Shown here: positions 8,860-17,058 of the stretch, piece after piece
Layout of the letters: the number at the start of each line of letters is the position of its first letter
Position numbering within the stretch: position 1 is the first letter of the stretch
NCBI GenBank assembly: GCA_030039865.1
Contig: JASHUS010000205.1
Coordinates: 1-39,914, forward strand
DNA length: 39,914 bases
Direction of reading: 5' to 3'
From: Thermoplasmata archaeon
GTDB taxonomy: Archaea > Thermoplasmatota > Thermoplasmata > Lutacidiplasmatales > UBA184
Program-made: the position numbers and the translations under genes
The notes under the pieces: generated by a model
What the model was told of the DNA's origin: nothing
The model's input: only the letters and a program-made list of their open reading frames with translations
The model's database searches: none

Positions 8860-10605
8860 CTACCAGCCCACCGGCGCGCCCTGGTTCTCGTGATCGAGCC
8901 ATCGCTGGAGCGGGGCGAAGTACTCCAGCAGCGCCGCCGCGTCCATGCGGCGCTCGCCCGTCGCGGCCTCGAGCGCGTCGGGCCACTCCCGGCGGCTGCC
9001 GAGCTCGAGCATGGACCGCAGACGTTCGCCGGCGGCGCGCGAGCCATGGATCGTCGCGCGGTGGAGCGGCCCGGAAGAACCCGCTGCGCGCACGAGGGCG
9101 CGGTGGAACTGGAACTCGAGGATGTGCGCGAGGAAGTAGCGCATGTACGGGGTCCCCGAGGCGACGTGGAACTTCGCGCCCGGGTCGAAGTCCGCCTCGC
9201 TTCGGCCGGGCGGCGGGGCGATCCCCTGGCGCTCGGTGCGCATCTCCCACCAGGTCCGGTTGTACCGCTCGGGGCCCACGTCGCCCGAGAAGACCCGCCA
9301 GCGCCATTCGTCCACGACGAGCCCGAACGGCAGGAAGGCGAGCTTCGCGAGCGCGCGGCGGAGCAGGTAGGGGATGTCATCGGTCGGTCCCGACGTCGCG
9401 TCGAGGAGGCCGATCGCCGTGAGGTACTCCGGCGTGACCGAGAGCGCGATCGTGTCGCCGATCGCCTCGTGAAAGCCGTCGTGCGCGCTCTCGCGGAAGA
9501 GGAACGGCTGGCGCGCGTAGGCCCGCTGGTAGAAGTTGTGGCCGAGCTCGTGGTGGACGACGAAGAAGTCCTCCTCGCTGATCTCAAGGCACATCTTGAG
9601 ACGAAGGTCGTCGGCGTAGTCGATGTCCCAGGCGCTCGCGTGGCAGACGACGTCGCGGCCGGGAGGGCGCACGAACATCGAGCGCTCCCAGAACGTCGCG
9701 GGCAGGGGCTCGAACCCGAGCGAGAGAAAGAATCGCTCCCCGTAGCGCACGAGCTCTTGCGGTGTGGTCTTCCGCTCGCGCAGCACCGCGCCGAGGTCCC
9801 AGCTCGGCCCTTCGGTGTCGGGCGCGAGGAGCGGGTAGATCCCGGCCCACGATTGGGCCCACATGTTTCCGAGCAAAAACGCGGGGATCGGTCCGGTGTC
9901 CGGAACGAGCTCGGGACCGTACCGGGCGCCAAGCCGCCGCCGGACATAAGCGTGGAGCGATCGGTAGAGAGGACGCACCTGGTCCCAGAGGCGCCCCGCC
10001 TCGCGGGCGAAGTCGTCCGCCGGCATGTCGTACTTCGCGCGCCAGAGGGCCCCGAGGTCCGGATAGTCGAGCTCGCGGGCGCCTCGATTGGCGAGCTCGA
10101 CGTACCGGGTGAAGTCGGAGCGCATCGGGCGGGCGATCGCGTGCCAGCCGCTCCAGGCCTCCTCGAGCGACGCCGGGTCCCGGCTCGTCTCCAGGATCCG
10201 CGAGAGTCCCTGCACATCGAGCGGCGCCGGGGATCCCCGAGGTTGGTAGCGCCCCCGGGCGTACAGGGCCTGCATCGCGCTCGACAGGCGGCTCAGCTCC
10301 TCGGCCTCGCCCGCGCCGGACGGCGCGATGAGCGTGAACGATCGGCGCAGCAGCTCGAGCTTGCGCGCGTCGACCGGACTCCGAGTTCGCCCTCGCAGGG
10401 CCGACGAACGCTTCGCGAGGTCCGTCGCCGCGGTCATCAGCCGGGCGGCCGCGAGCGAGGTGAGCTCCTCCGTGTCGGGTGTGATGAACGTGCAGTAGAT
10501 CCAGTCCGCGCGGTTCGCCTGGATCGACAGTTCGAGCAGGCTGCGCTCGGCCTGGTCGAGGAACTCGGCCGGATCCGCGGGTGGGACGTCGAGGGGTTCG
10601 CTCAA
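8860..10605 (-). CDS. Peptidase family M2 (angiotensin-converting-enzyme-like peptidyl-dipeptidase)
   Basis: 581 aa. Zinc motif [15 protein letters not shown] followed by [12 protein letters not shown], the ACE-type third-ligand Glu context. N-terminal [13 protein letters not shown] resembles ACE W.Y.TNIT. The start is TTG at 10605. No signal peptide. Confidence 0.85.
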   Translation of the reverse strand: MSEPLDVPPADPAEFLDQAERSLLELSIQANRADWIYCTFITPDTEELTSLAAARLMTAATDLAKRSSALRGRTRSPVDARKLELLRRSFTLIAPSGAGEAEELSRLSSAMQALYARGRYQPRGSPAPLDVQGLSRILETSRDPASLEEAWSGWHAIARPMRSDFTRYVELANRGARELDYPDLGALWRAKYDMPADDFAREAGRLWDQVRPLYRSLHAYVRRRLGARYGPELVPDTGPIPAFLLGNMWAQSWAGIYPLLAPDTEGPSWDLGAVLRERKTTPQELVRYGERFFLSLGFEPLPATFWERSMFVRPPGRDVVCHASAWDIDYADDLRLKMCLEISEEDFFVVHHELGHNFYQRAYARQPFLFRESAHDGFHEAIGDTIALSVTPEYLTAIGLLDATSGPTDDIPYLLRRALAKLAFLPFGLVVDEWRWRVFSGDVGPERYNRTWWEMRTERQGIAPPPGRSEADFDPGAKFHVASGTPYMRYFLAHILEFQFHRALVRAAGSSGPLHRATIHGSRAAGERLRSMLELGSRREWPDALEAATGERRMDAAALLEYFAPLQRWLDHENQGAPVGW

Positions 10606-10780
10606 CGCGCGAGCGAGCGTCGCTCGAGTTATGAAGGGAGCCGGCCCGACCGCGACCCGGGCGTCCGGTCCGCCATTTGTCGGCTCCGCTTCTCTCTCGG
10701 GCCGGACGGTCCCGGTCGGCAGTTGCCGCTCGAGGTTCTGCCTTTATGTATGACGAACGTCTGACATGCCTCGGCGAGTT

Positions 10781-10930
10781 ATGTCGGACGGTTACGAAAG
10801 ACCCACAACACTCGCTGCGATCGCGCTCGACTACGTCCTCTCGGACGAGCCGCCCTGTCCCCTGGCCGCGCTCCCGTGCCACTTCGACTACCTCACGGGC
10901 CGCTTCCCGGCGTTCGCCGAGGGACGATGA
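10781..10930 (+). CDS. Possible small ORF (49 aa), unknown function
   Basis: Found by hand and below the track cut-off: MSDGYERPTTLAAIALDYVLSDEPPCPLAALPCHFDYLTGRFPAFAEGR. High GC3. TTTATGTA box at 10743-10750. The stop overlaps the next ATG (ATGA at 10927-10930). Confidence 0.25.
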   Translation: MSDGYERPTTLAAIALDYVLSDEPPCPLAALPCHFDYLTGRFPAFAEGR

Positions 10931-11145
10931 GCGAGGGCGCCGAGCGATCGGGTCCGGTTCCGCCGGCCGCCCGATGGTCGCTCGGGGTACCCAACGTCTT
11001 GGGCTCGGGGAGTCCGCGGGGATACGGCATGCGGCCGAAGCTCTCCCCAGAGGCGGCCGCGGCGTTCGCCACGTACGTCGACTCGGCCCGCGCCCGCGCG
11101 GCGATCGAGGGGCGGACGCTGATCTACACGGTGCGCTGGAGCTAG
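10927..11145 (+). CDS. Possible small ORF (72 aa), unknown function
   Basis: Internal ATG of ORF 10876..11145: MSEGAERSG…MRPKLSPEAAAAFATYVDSARARAAIEGRTLIYTVRWS. High GC3. 4-nt start/stop overlap with the preceding small ORF, and 4-nt convergent overlap with rnhA. Confidence 0.3.
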   Translation: MSEGAERSGPVPPAARWSLGVPNVLGSGSPRGYGMRPKLSPEAAAAFATYVDSARARAAIEGRTLIYTVRWS

Positions 11146-11687
11146 GCCGGCCCGCGCGGCCGATCCTCGTCGGGCCCGGTCCCGCGCGATCTCTCGGATT
11201 CTTCGGCGCGGTCCCGTCCGCCGGAGGCGCGCGCCTCATCGAGGGCCTGCTTCGAGAGCGCGTCGGCCCGGGCGTTCTCCTCCCGGGGAATCCAGCGGAA
11301 GTCGACCCGAGCGAACGCCTTCGTGAGCGACCGCAGATGGTCGTGGTACGCCCGAAGATGGTCGGCCTTGACCTCGTACTCGCCGGTCATCTGCCGGACG
11401 ACCAGCTGGCTGTCCCCGAACAACTCCACCGGGCCCGTGTAGCCGTGCCGGGCCAACCACTCGAGCGCGCGGATCGCCGCGACGTACTCTGCGACGTTGT
11501 TCGTCGAATGCGCGGACCCCGGCGCCACCGCGAGCCCGCAGTCCTCGTGCAGGAACCCCGCCCCTTCGAGATGGTACCCGAACGTCGCGAGACCCCCGCC
11601 CCGCGGAGGCTCGCACGCGCCGTCGAAATGCGCGCGCACGGATCCCCCGAGCGACGCCACGCCCCGGGGGATCTCGCGGTCGTCCAT
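11142..11687 (-). CDS. rnhA: Ribonuclease HI (archaeal type 1 RNase H) with a charged C-terminal tail
   Basis: DEDD contexts FDGAC, NNVAEYVAAIRAL, GDSQLVVRQM and NARADALS. 181 aa. Confidence 0.85.
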   Translation of the reverse strand: MDDREIPRGVASLGGSVRAHFDGACEPPRGGGLATFGYHLEGAGFLHEDCGLAVAPGSAHSTNNVAEYVAAIRALEWLARHGYTGPVELFGDSQLVVRQMTGEYEVKADHLRAYHDHLRSLTKAFARVDFRWIPREENARADALSKQALDEARASGGRDRAEESERSRGTGPDEDRPRGPA

Positions 11688-11697
11688 CGATGGGCGC

Positions 11698-12219
11698 CTA
11701 GCCGTGGCGGGGACGAACGGAAGTGCCGGAGCCCGAGGGCCGAACGCGACCGAGCTTCGGGCAGTTGCAGAACGCCTCCGCGCGATGGCAACCGGGGCAG
11801 TCGGTCCGATCCGCCGCCATGCCGAGGGCCCGGCCGCAGACCCGGCAGTCGCGCGGGCGCGCGCACCGGGGGCAGTACGCGAGGTCCCACGCGATCACTG
11901 TGTGGCAGTACCGGCAGTCGACCGCTTCGCGGGGGCTGAACCCGGCCCGGCTCGCGGAGGAAGCGGGCGGCGCGCGGGGGCCCGCCGGCCGGTTCGAGCG
12001 GACGTCGGGGTTCCCGAACGTGCCCCCGACCGTCGTCCGCTCGGGGTTCGCTTGGACGGCCCCGATCATGATGACGAGGAGTCCGACCGGCGTGATGAAG
12101 ATGCCCGCCTCCTGCAGCGTCGTGAAGACTTCCGCGCCGTAGAGGACGATCGGCGACGCGACGAGTCCAAGGCCGCCGAGGATGACCGCTACCCCGAGCA
12201 GGGCGATCGAGCGGTTCAT
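11698..12219 (-). CDS. Membrane-anchored zinc-ribbon protein, unknown function
   Basis: Two N-terminal TM helices, a Pro/Ser linker, then Cys pairs CRYCH…CPRC…CRVCG…CPGCH…CNC. Ends 10 nt upstream of the rnhA start on the same strand. Confidence 0.6.
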   Translation of the reverse strand: MNRSIALLGVAVILGGLGLVASPIVLYGAEVFTTLQEAGIFITPVGLLVIMIGAVQANPERTTVGGTFGNPDVRSNRPAGPRAPPASSASRAGFSPREAVDCRYCHTVIAWDLAYCPRCARPRDCRVCGRALGMAADRTDCPGCHRAEAFCNCPKLGRVRPSGSGTSVRPRHG

Positions 12220-12307
12220 CGGTTCGGTGCGTCGGCGAGCCGCCGGCGTTCGATGATAGCCGGCTACCGCCTCATAAAACGGTCGGCGCTCGCGGCGCCG
12301 CCGGGCC

Positions 12308-12313
12308 TTTTAG
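12308..12313 (+). promoter_or_regulatory. TATA-like box upstream of the cyclophilin gene
   Basis: TTTTAG lies 23-28 nt upstream of the ATG at 12336. Confidence 0.3.
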
Positions 12314-12335
12314 GACCGCCGGGTTGGGGGCGCGC

Positions 12336-12806
12336 ATGGCGAACCCCACCGCGACGATCCGCACGACGCTCGGCGACATGAAGATCGAGCTCTTCCGCGA
12401 CCGAGCCCCGAAGACGGTCGAGAACTTCGTGACCCTGACCCGGAAGGGGTTCTACAACGGGCTCACCTTCCATCGCGTGATCCCGGGGTTCATGATCCAG
12501 GGCGGGGACCCGAAGGGCGACGGGACGGGAGACCCCGGCTACGAGATCAAGGACGAGTTCCACCCGACGCTCCGCCACGACGGACCCGGCGTGCTCTCGA
12601 TGGCGAACCGGGGGCCCAACACCGGGGGCAGCCAGTTCTTCATCACCCTCGCTGCCACGACGTGGCTCGACGGGAAGCACGCGGTTTTCGGCAAGGTGCG
12701 TTCCGGCCAGGACGTCGTGGAGAAGATCGCCGCGGTCCCTCGCGACAAGAGCGACCGCCCCACGTCGCCGGTCCGTATCGTCGAAGTGACGATCGCGGGC
12801 GCGTAG
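12336..12806 (+). CDS. Cyclophilin-type peptidyl-prolyl cis-trans isomerase
   Basis: [31 protein letters not shown] and [11 protein letters not shown] motifs. ATG at 12336 inside track ORF 12324..12806, which starts at TTG. Confidence 0.93.
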   Translation: MANPTATIRTTLGDMKIELFRDRAPKTVENFVTLTRKGFYNGLTFHRVIPGFMIQGGDPKGDGTGDPGYEIKDEFHPTLRHDGPGVLSMANRGPNTGGSQFFITLAATTWLDGKHAVFGKVRSGQDVVEKIAAVPRDKSDRPTSPVRIVEVTIAGA

Positions 12807-12849
12807 GCGAGTGGGCGGCGGCGGGCGCGGTATCGATCGGACGCCGACC

Positions 12850-13428
12850 TTACGCCGGCGCCGCGGCGAGGGGCACGCGCACCGTACGAAGCGCGGTCCC
12901 CCACGAGATGACCTGGTCGAGCACCGCCGTCAGTGACCTTTCCTTCAACGGGTCCGGCCGGAACGTGCGGAAGTTCTCGAAGTCGGTGAAGAGCGAGAAC
13001 GATACCTGGGCCCGGACGGTCGCGACCATCAGCTCGGCCATGACGAGCCGGAGGTTCTCGACCGCCCGGACGCCGCCCGCGCTCCCGTAGCTTACGAAGC
13101 CGGCGACCTTGTTGTTCCACTCCGCGTAGAGGAAGTCGATCGCGTTCTTGAGCGCCCCCGACGTACCGTGGTTGTACTCGGGCGTCACGAAGACGAAGGC
13201 GTCGAGCGACGCGATCTTCTGCGCCCAGGCCTTGGTGTGGTCCTGCGAGTACTTCCCCATCGACGGGAGCGCCGGCTCGTCGAGGTGCGGCAGCCGGTAG
13301 TCGAGCAGGTCAACGAGCTCGAACTCCGCGTCGGTGCGCTTCCGCGCGAGATCGTAGACCCAATTGGCCACCGAGGCACCCACGCGGCCTGGGCGCGTGC
13401 TGCCGATGATGATCCCGATACGGATCAT
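12850..13428 (-). CDS. NAD(P)H-dependent FMN reductase family flavoprotein
   Basis: MIRIGIIIGSTRPGRVG (GSxRxxS-type loop), TPEYNHGTSGALKNAIDFL. ATG at 13428 (cat 13426-13428). The track ORF begins at an upstream GTG at 13458. Confidence 0.85.
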   Translation of the reverse strand: MIRIGIIIGSTRPGRVGASVANWVYDLARKRTDAEFELVDLLDYRLPHLDEPALPSMGKYSQDHTKAWAQKIASLDAFVFVTPEYNHGTSGALKNAIDFLYAEWNNKVAGFVSYGSAGGVRAVENLRLVMAELMVATVRAQVSFSLFTDFENFRTFRPDPLKERSLTAVLDQVISWGTALRTVRVPLAAAPA

Positions 13429-13952
13429 ACACGGCCCCCCGTCGGCCGTCGGACGCACAGTTCCGAATTCGCTCCTCTCCCCCTCAGCTCGAGATCCGCC
13501 GATGCGAGCGCTATCATTTCGAAATCAGGTATCTGACGGTTAGCCTATAAACTCTCACCGAAACGCGGGTAAGCTGGTCACGGGCGGGTCGACGGCCGGG
13601 GCCGGCGATGGTGCCTGTCGTCTCTCAGTCGCGGTCGGTATGGGGTCCCCCCGGACGCGGCGCGATATCCCGCGAGAGCCTCGTCACTCAAAGCCCCGCC
13701 TTCCGCTGGATCTCCTGGAACCGGGGATCGAGCCGAACGTACTCGAGCCGGGGGATCGAGCCGCGATACTTTGCGAGCGCATCGGCGTCGTGCCACTCAA
13801 CATCCCCGATCATGTCGGCGGGTATGAATCCACTCCCGGGTCAGTCGACTGGCCCGCGTAACGATCGCGTCAGATCCCCCGGCGTCCCCGCCCCGCGGGG
13901 ACGAAATTCCTCTGGGGGCAGCCGGGCCGATTCCGAATGGGAACGGAATACT

Positions 13953-15887
13953 CTAGTTGGATATGCCGTAGGATTTGCGGACCTTATGAAGCAGGTCCGC
14001 GAATCGAGGATCCGCCGCCATGTTTCGGTACGAGGGGTCTCGAAGTTCGCCGGCCCCCGCGACCTTGCGCTCAATCATGTCTTCCACGAAAGGAAAGAAA
14101 CGCTCCCGATCACCGATGAGCGCCATCGCATACGATACTTGGCCAATCTCACCCAGCGTCGCCGGCGAGTCACGGGCGGCGGCGAGGGCCAGAGTCTCAT
14201 CGATCAGTCGCGAAGCTTCCTCCTTGTTCCCGAGGTGCGCTTCGATCCGGGCCTGGACGCTCTTGTACCTCATCTCGTCCGGCTCTAGTCTTCGGATGGT
14301 TCGCAGATCCCGGTAGGCATCCTCTCGCCGTCCCTTCGTGGCGTTTAGCACGGCGCGGGCGAAGTAGGCCCAGGAGAGGGCGGGCTCCATTTCGATCAAC
14401 CGAGTCGTGGCCGCGAGACATTCGTCGTAGCGGTCCGCGAAGTAGTACGAGATCAGGAGAAACCACGTTCGAGACGATGGAAGCGGGTCCAACTCGTAGG
14501 CCCTCTTCGCCTCGTCGAGGGCTTCGTCCAGCCGACCCAGTCCCCGCAAGACATACCCGTACCGTTCATGGGCGTCGGCGTGACTCGGGTTCAGCGCGAG
14601 CGCCTTCTTGAGTTCGACTTCAGCGCCCGGGTAGTTGTCCCGCATCATCACGTTCGCCATGGCGACATGAGCCTCGGGCAATGTACCGTCGAGTTCGATG
14701 GCCCGCCGAGCGAGCGACTCGGCCCGTCCGTACCCCTCGTCCGGGTCGAGGTATCCTGCCGCTGCCAGATCGCGGTAACAATCGGCCAGCCCGGCAGTCG
14801 CCCGCGCCGACTCCGGATCGAGCTTCATCGCGTCCTCGTAGAGGACCTTGGCCTGTTCGGTGGCTTCCCGGCCGATCTTCGCCCACAAGGCGAGAGCTCG
14901 AAGGCAGAGGGCGTGAACTTCGGGACTTTCCGCCCGGCCCCCGACTCGAGGGGAGGGGAGCTTCAACGCTTCCGCAATCTTGCGCGCGATGTCGGACTGG
15001 GTCTCGAAGACGTCGTCCAGGCTCCCATCGTAGCTCTGTGACCAGAGATGGCTATCTCGCTCGGCGTCGATGAGTTGAACAGTGATTCGCACGCGGTTAC
15101 CGGACTTCCGAACGCTACCTTCGAGGAGTTTTCCGGCCTTCAGTTCGCGTCCGATCTCGGGCAGGCTCTTCGAAGACTGCTTGTACCTCATCGCGGAGGT
15201 CCGCGAGATCACGCTCAGACCGCCGATCCCGGACACCGCCGAAATGATCTCGTCCGTCATCCCGTCGGCGAAGTACTCGTCGCTGGCGGCGGGGCTGAAG
15301 TTGGCGAGGGGAAGAATCGCGATTCGATTCTGATCGACGGCGTACGGTACCGCGCCACCCCTTTCCGTCCACGGCATGACCACCTTGAACAATTCCGGGG
15401 GCGTGCTCACGTTCTTGAGTGGCTTCGGACCGAGGCTCGTCATGGGCAGTTCGAATTTGTTCTGGACCTGGTCGTAGACCTGCCGAGAGATACAGACCCC
15501 GCCGGCTTCTGCGAGCGGCTCGATCCGTGAGGCCACATTCACCGCGTCGCCCGAGATGTCGTCCGGGGTTCCCACCACGTCTCCGAGGTGCACCCCGACC
15601 CGGAGGAGCACCTGCCGCTCGGACGGCCGAGAGAAGTTCGCCTCGCGGCTCGTCCGCTGAATCTCGTAGGCGCACCGCACGGCCTCGAGCGCGTTCGGGA
15701 ACTCCACCAGGAAGCCGTCTCCCATCGTCTTGACTTCCCTCCCCCCGTGGCGCTCGAAAATCGGTCGAAGCATCGCGCGCTGTTCTCCAAGCAACTCGAG
15801 CGAGAGCGCTTCGTCGCGCTGACCGAGCGCCGTGAAGCCGACGATGTCGGTGAACATGATGGCGGAGAGACGACGGACCGACGCCAC
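13953..15887 (-). CDS. Class III adenylate/guanylate cyclase fused to a TolB-N-like domain and TPR repeats
   Basis: 644 aa. Cyclase homology domain with FTDIVGFT, KTMGDGFL and GDAVNVASRIE (metal Asp residues, Lys, Asn-Arg all present). This is followed by IAILPLANFS…YFADGMTDEIIS…LIDAERDSHLW, then repeated TPR-like helices. GTG start at 15887. The gene is visibly A/T-richer than its neighbours. Confidence 0.85.
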   Translation of the reverse strand: MASVRRLSAIMFTDIVGFTALGQRDEALSLELLGEQRAMLRPIFERHGGREVKTMGDGFLVEFPNALEAVRCAYEIQRTSREANFSRPSERQVLLRVGVHLGDVVGTPDDISGDAVNVASRIEPLAEAGGVCISRQVYDQVQNKFELPMTSLGPKPLKNVSTPPELFKVVMPWTERGGAVPYAVDQNRIAILPLANFSPAASDEYFADGMTDEIISAVSGIGGLSVISRTSAMRYKQSSKSLPEIGRELKAGKLLEGSVRKSGNRVRITVQLIDAERDSHLWSQSYDGSLDDVFETQSDIARKIAEALKLPSPRVGGRAESPEVHALCLRALALWAKIGREATEQAKVLYEDAMKLDPESARATAGLADCYRDLAAAGYLDPDEGYGRAESLARRAIELDGTLPEAHVAMANVMMRDNYPGAEVELKKALALNPSHADAHERYGYVLRGLGRLDEALDEAKRAYELDPLPSSRTWFLLISYYFADRYDECLAATTRLIEMEPALSWAYFARAVLNATKGRREDAYRDLRTIRRLEPDEMRYKSVQARIEAHLGNKEEASRLIDETLALAAARDSPATLGEIGQVSYAMALIGDRERFFPFVEDMIERKVAGAGELRDPSYRNMAADPRFADLLHKVRKSYGISN

Positions 15888-15906
15888 GACCCGAAACCTG
15901 CTCCCG

Positions 15907-15916
15907 TTAGATTAAG
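15907..15916 (-). promoter_or_regulatory. TATA-like box upstream of the cyclase gene
   Basis: CTTAATCTAA (minus strand) lies 20-29 nt upstream of the GTG at 15887. Confidence 0.35.
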
Positions 15917-15998
15917 CCCTACACCCCGGAGCCGGCGGAGTCCCACGTCGGAAAGTCGGACCGCTCGGGCTCGTCTTGCCCCAGGCGCCGGTCCGTCG

Positions 15999-16012
15999 AG
16001 TGGACACGGGGG
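15999..16012. repeat. Exact 14-nt copy of the tRNA-Ala 3' end (att-like)
   Basis: AGTGGACACGGGGG at 15999..16012 equals 17150..17163 (two trailer nt plus the discriminator, acceptor 3' strand and T-stem 3' strand of tRNA-Ala, plus-strand reading). Confidence 0.7.
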
Positions 16013-16021
16013 CGTCCGCAT

Positions 16022-16040
16022 CCCCCGGGGGAGTGGACGC
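16022..16040. repeat. Second, imperfect copy of the tRNA-Ala 3' end/trailer junction
   Basis: CCCCCGGGGGAGTGGACGC versus CCCCCGGGGAAGTGGACAC at 17140..17158 (17/19). Together with 16013-16021 it forms the hairpin GCGTCC…GGACGC. Confidence 0.5.
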
Positions 16041-16073
16041 AGAGCCGACGCCCTTCCTGGTTTTGCGAGGTTA

Positions 16074-16262
16074 TCAGACCGATTTGCTCCCGGCCCAGAT
16101 CGTCGGCGCTTCGAGATAGCCTTCGAACACTTCGGTGAAGTTCCGGTTCAACTCGGCCCGGGTCTTCCCCACGGCGATACATCCGGGGAACTCCCGGCAA
16201 TACGCCCAGTACGATCCGCCCTCGCGAACGACGACCTCGGTGAACGACGTAGGATCGCTCAT
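16074..16262 (-). CDS. HicB-like (UPF0150) antitoxin-fold small protein without a DNA-binding extension
   Basis: MSDPTSFTEVVVREGGSYWAYCREFPGCIAVGKTRAELNRNFTEVFEGYLE matches the HicB N-terminal pattern (…GGY.A..P.lPGC...G.T.eEa…i.e.i..yLe). ATG at 16262 within ORF 16074..16322. Confidence 0.6.
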   Translation of the reverse strand: MSDPTSFTEVVVREGGSYWAYCREFPGCIAVGKTRAELNRNFTEVFEGYLEAPTIWAGSKSV

Positions 16263-16522
16263 CCCGGCTCGACCTTCTTCGACTTCGCCTTTGCGAGAGC
16301 ACCGTCGATCCACTTCTCCCACCGCTCGTCCTCGAAAACGGCGAGGCGGGTCATCCCGGCGTTGGAGAAATCAATCCCCTCTCCCTTCGGAGGGAGGCTT
16401 CGGACAAGCAGGCCGAACCGGAAGTCGGGCTGCAGGGCCCAAAGCTCGCCGAGCTTCCGGAGGGTGAGGTCAATCCGCTTCGGGTCTGTCACTCGCCAGG
16501 CCTCTCGGGCGTAAGCGGCCAT
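16259..16522 (-). CDS. Hypothetical 87-aa protein, weakly YihD/DUF1040-like
   Basis: ATG ORF. Its stop overlaps the HicB-like start by 4 nt (ATGA). LGELWALQPDFRFGLLVRSL recalls E. coli YihD (…AWQKEPDFNLLQFLQKL). It does not resemble HicA. Confidence 0.45.
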   Translation of the reverse strand: MAAYAREAWRVTDPKRIDLTLRKLGELWALQPDFRFGLLVRSLPPKGEGIDFSNAGMTRLAVFEDERWEKWIDGALAKAKSKKVEPG

Positions 16523-16554
16523 TTAAGTTGGTGGGCGCGGAGAAATTCGCCGTA

Positions 16555-17058
16555 CTAATGCGGAATCGACTGCCTGACCACCGCGACCGCTTCGCCTGAG
16601 ATAACGAACGATCTCGACCAAGACGGATGCTTCGGAGGATGATAGACCAAAACGTACCGTTGAGATACTTCGGATGCCTCGGTAGTCGAAGGCCCGGATA
16701 GAACCGAGACATTGGCCCAAGAAATCCGCAGATAGTGGTCTCGGAATAGATATCGACGGGCCAGAATGAGGCCGCCCGGGTCCGATCCTACGTGATGGGG
16801 AATGAGGTCAACAGCCGGATAGATCTCTAGACAGAACACCCAACCTACCACAGCGAGCAAGACGGTGAACGGAAGGATCGCGAACAGCCCTGGTCGCGCT
16901 GCGACCGCTAATCCGGCGCCGACAATCGCAAGATCCAACGCCCCAACCAGAATCCAGATCATTTTCCTCGTCTTCGGATAGTCGGCGTTGAGGGCTAAGG
17001 GGCCCGGCGCCTGACTCGCGACGGACTCGGTATCGGACGCGAAACTTGGCCGAGCCAT
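16555..17058 (-). CDS. Two-TM membrane protein with a roughly 100-aa C-terminal soluble domain (architecture reminiscent of bPH/DUF304 proteins)
   Basis: ATG at 17058 (MARPSFASD…) inside ORF 16555..17124. TM helices MIWILVGALDLAIVGAGLAVAA and LFAILPFTVLLAVVGWVFCLEIY. A/T-richer codon usage. Confidence 0.55.
   Translation of the reverse strand: MARPSFASDTESVASQAPGPLALNADYPKTRKMIWILVGALDLAIVGAGLAVAARPGLFAILPFTVLLAVVGWVFCLEIYPAVDLIPHHVGSDPGGLILARRYLFRDHYLRISWANVSVLSGPSTTEASEVSQRYVLVYHPPKHPSWSRSFVISGEAVAVVRQSIPH

Noticed and set aside
13490-13580. Possible C/D-box sRNA (ATGATA, CTGA elements) in the gene-poor gap
   Set aside because: There is no acceptable C box (RUGAUGA). The C'/D spacing (about 24 nt) does not fit the roughly 12-nt guide geometry.
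13884-13902. Stable hairpin GTCCCCGC-CCC-GCGGGGAC about 50 nt downstream of the cyclase stop, considered as a terminator
   Set aside because: No U/T tract follows it on the coding (minus) strand. Archaeal terminators are usually oligo-T tracts, so function cannot be inferred from the stem alone.
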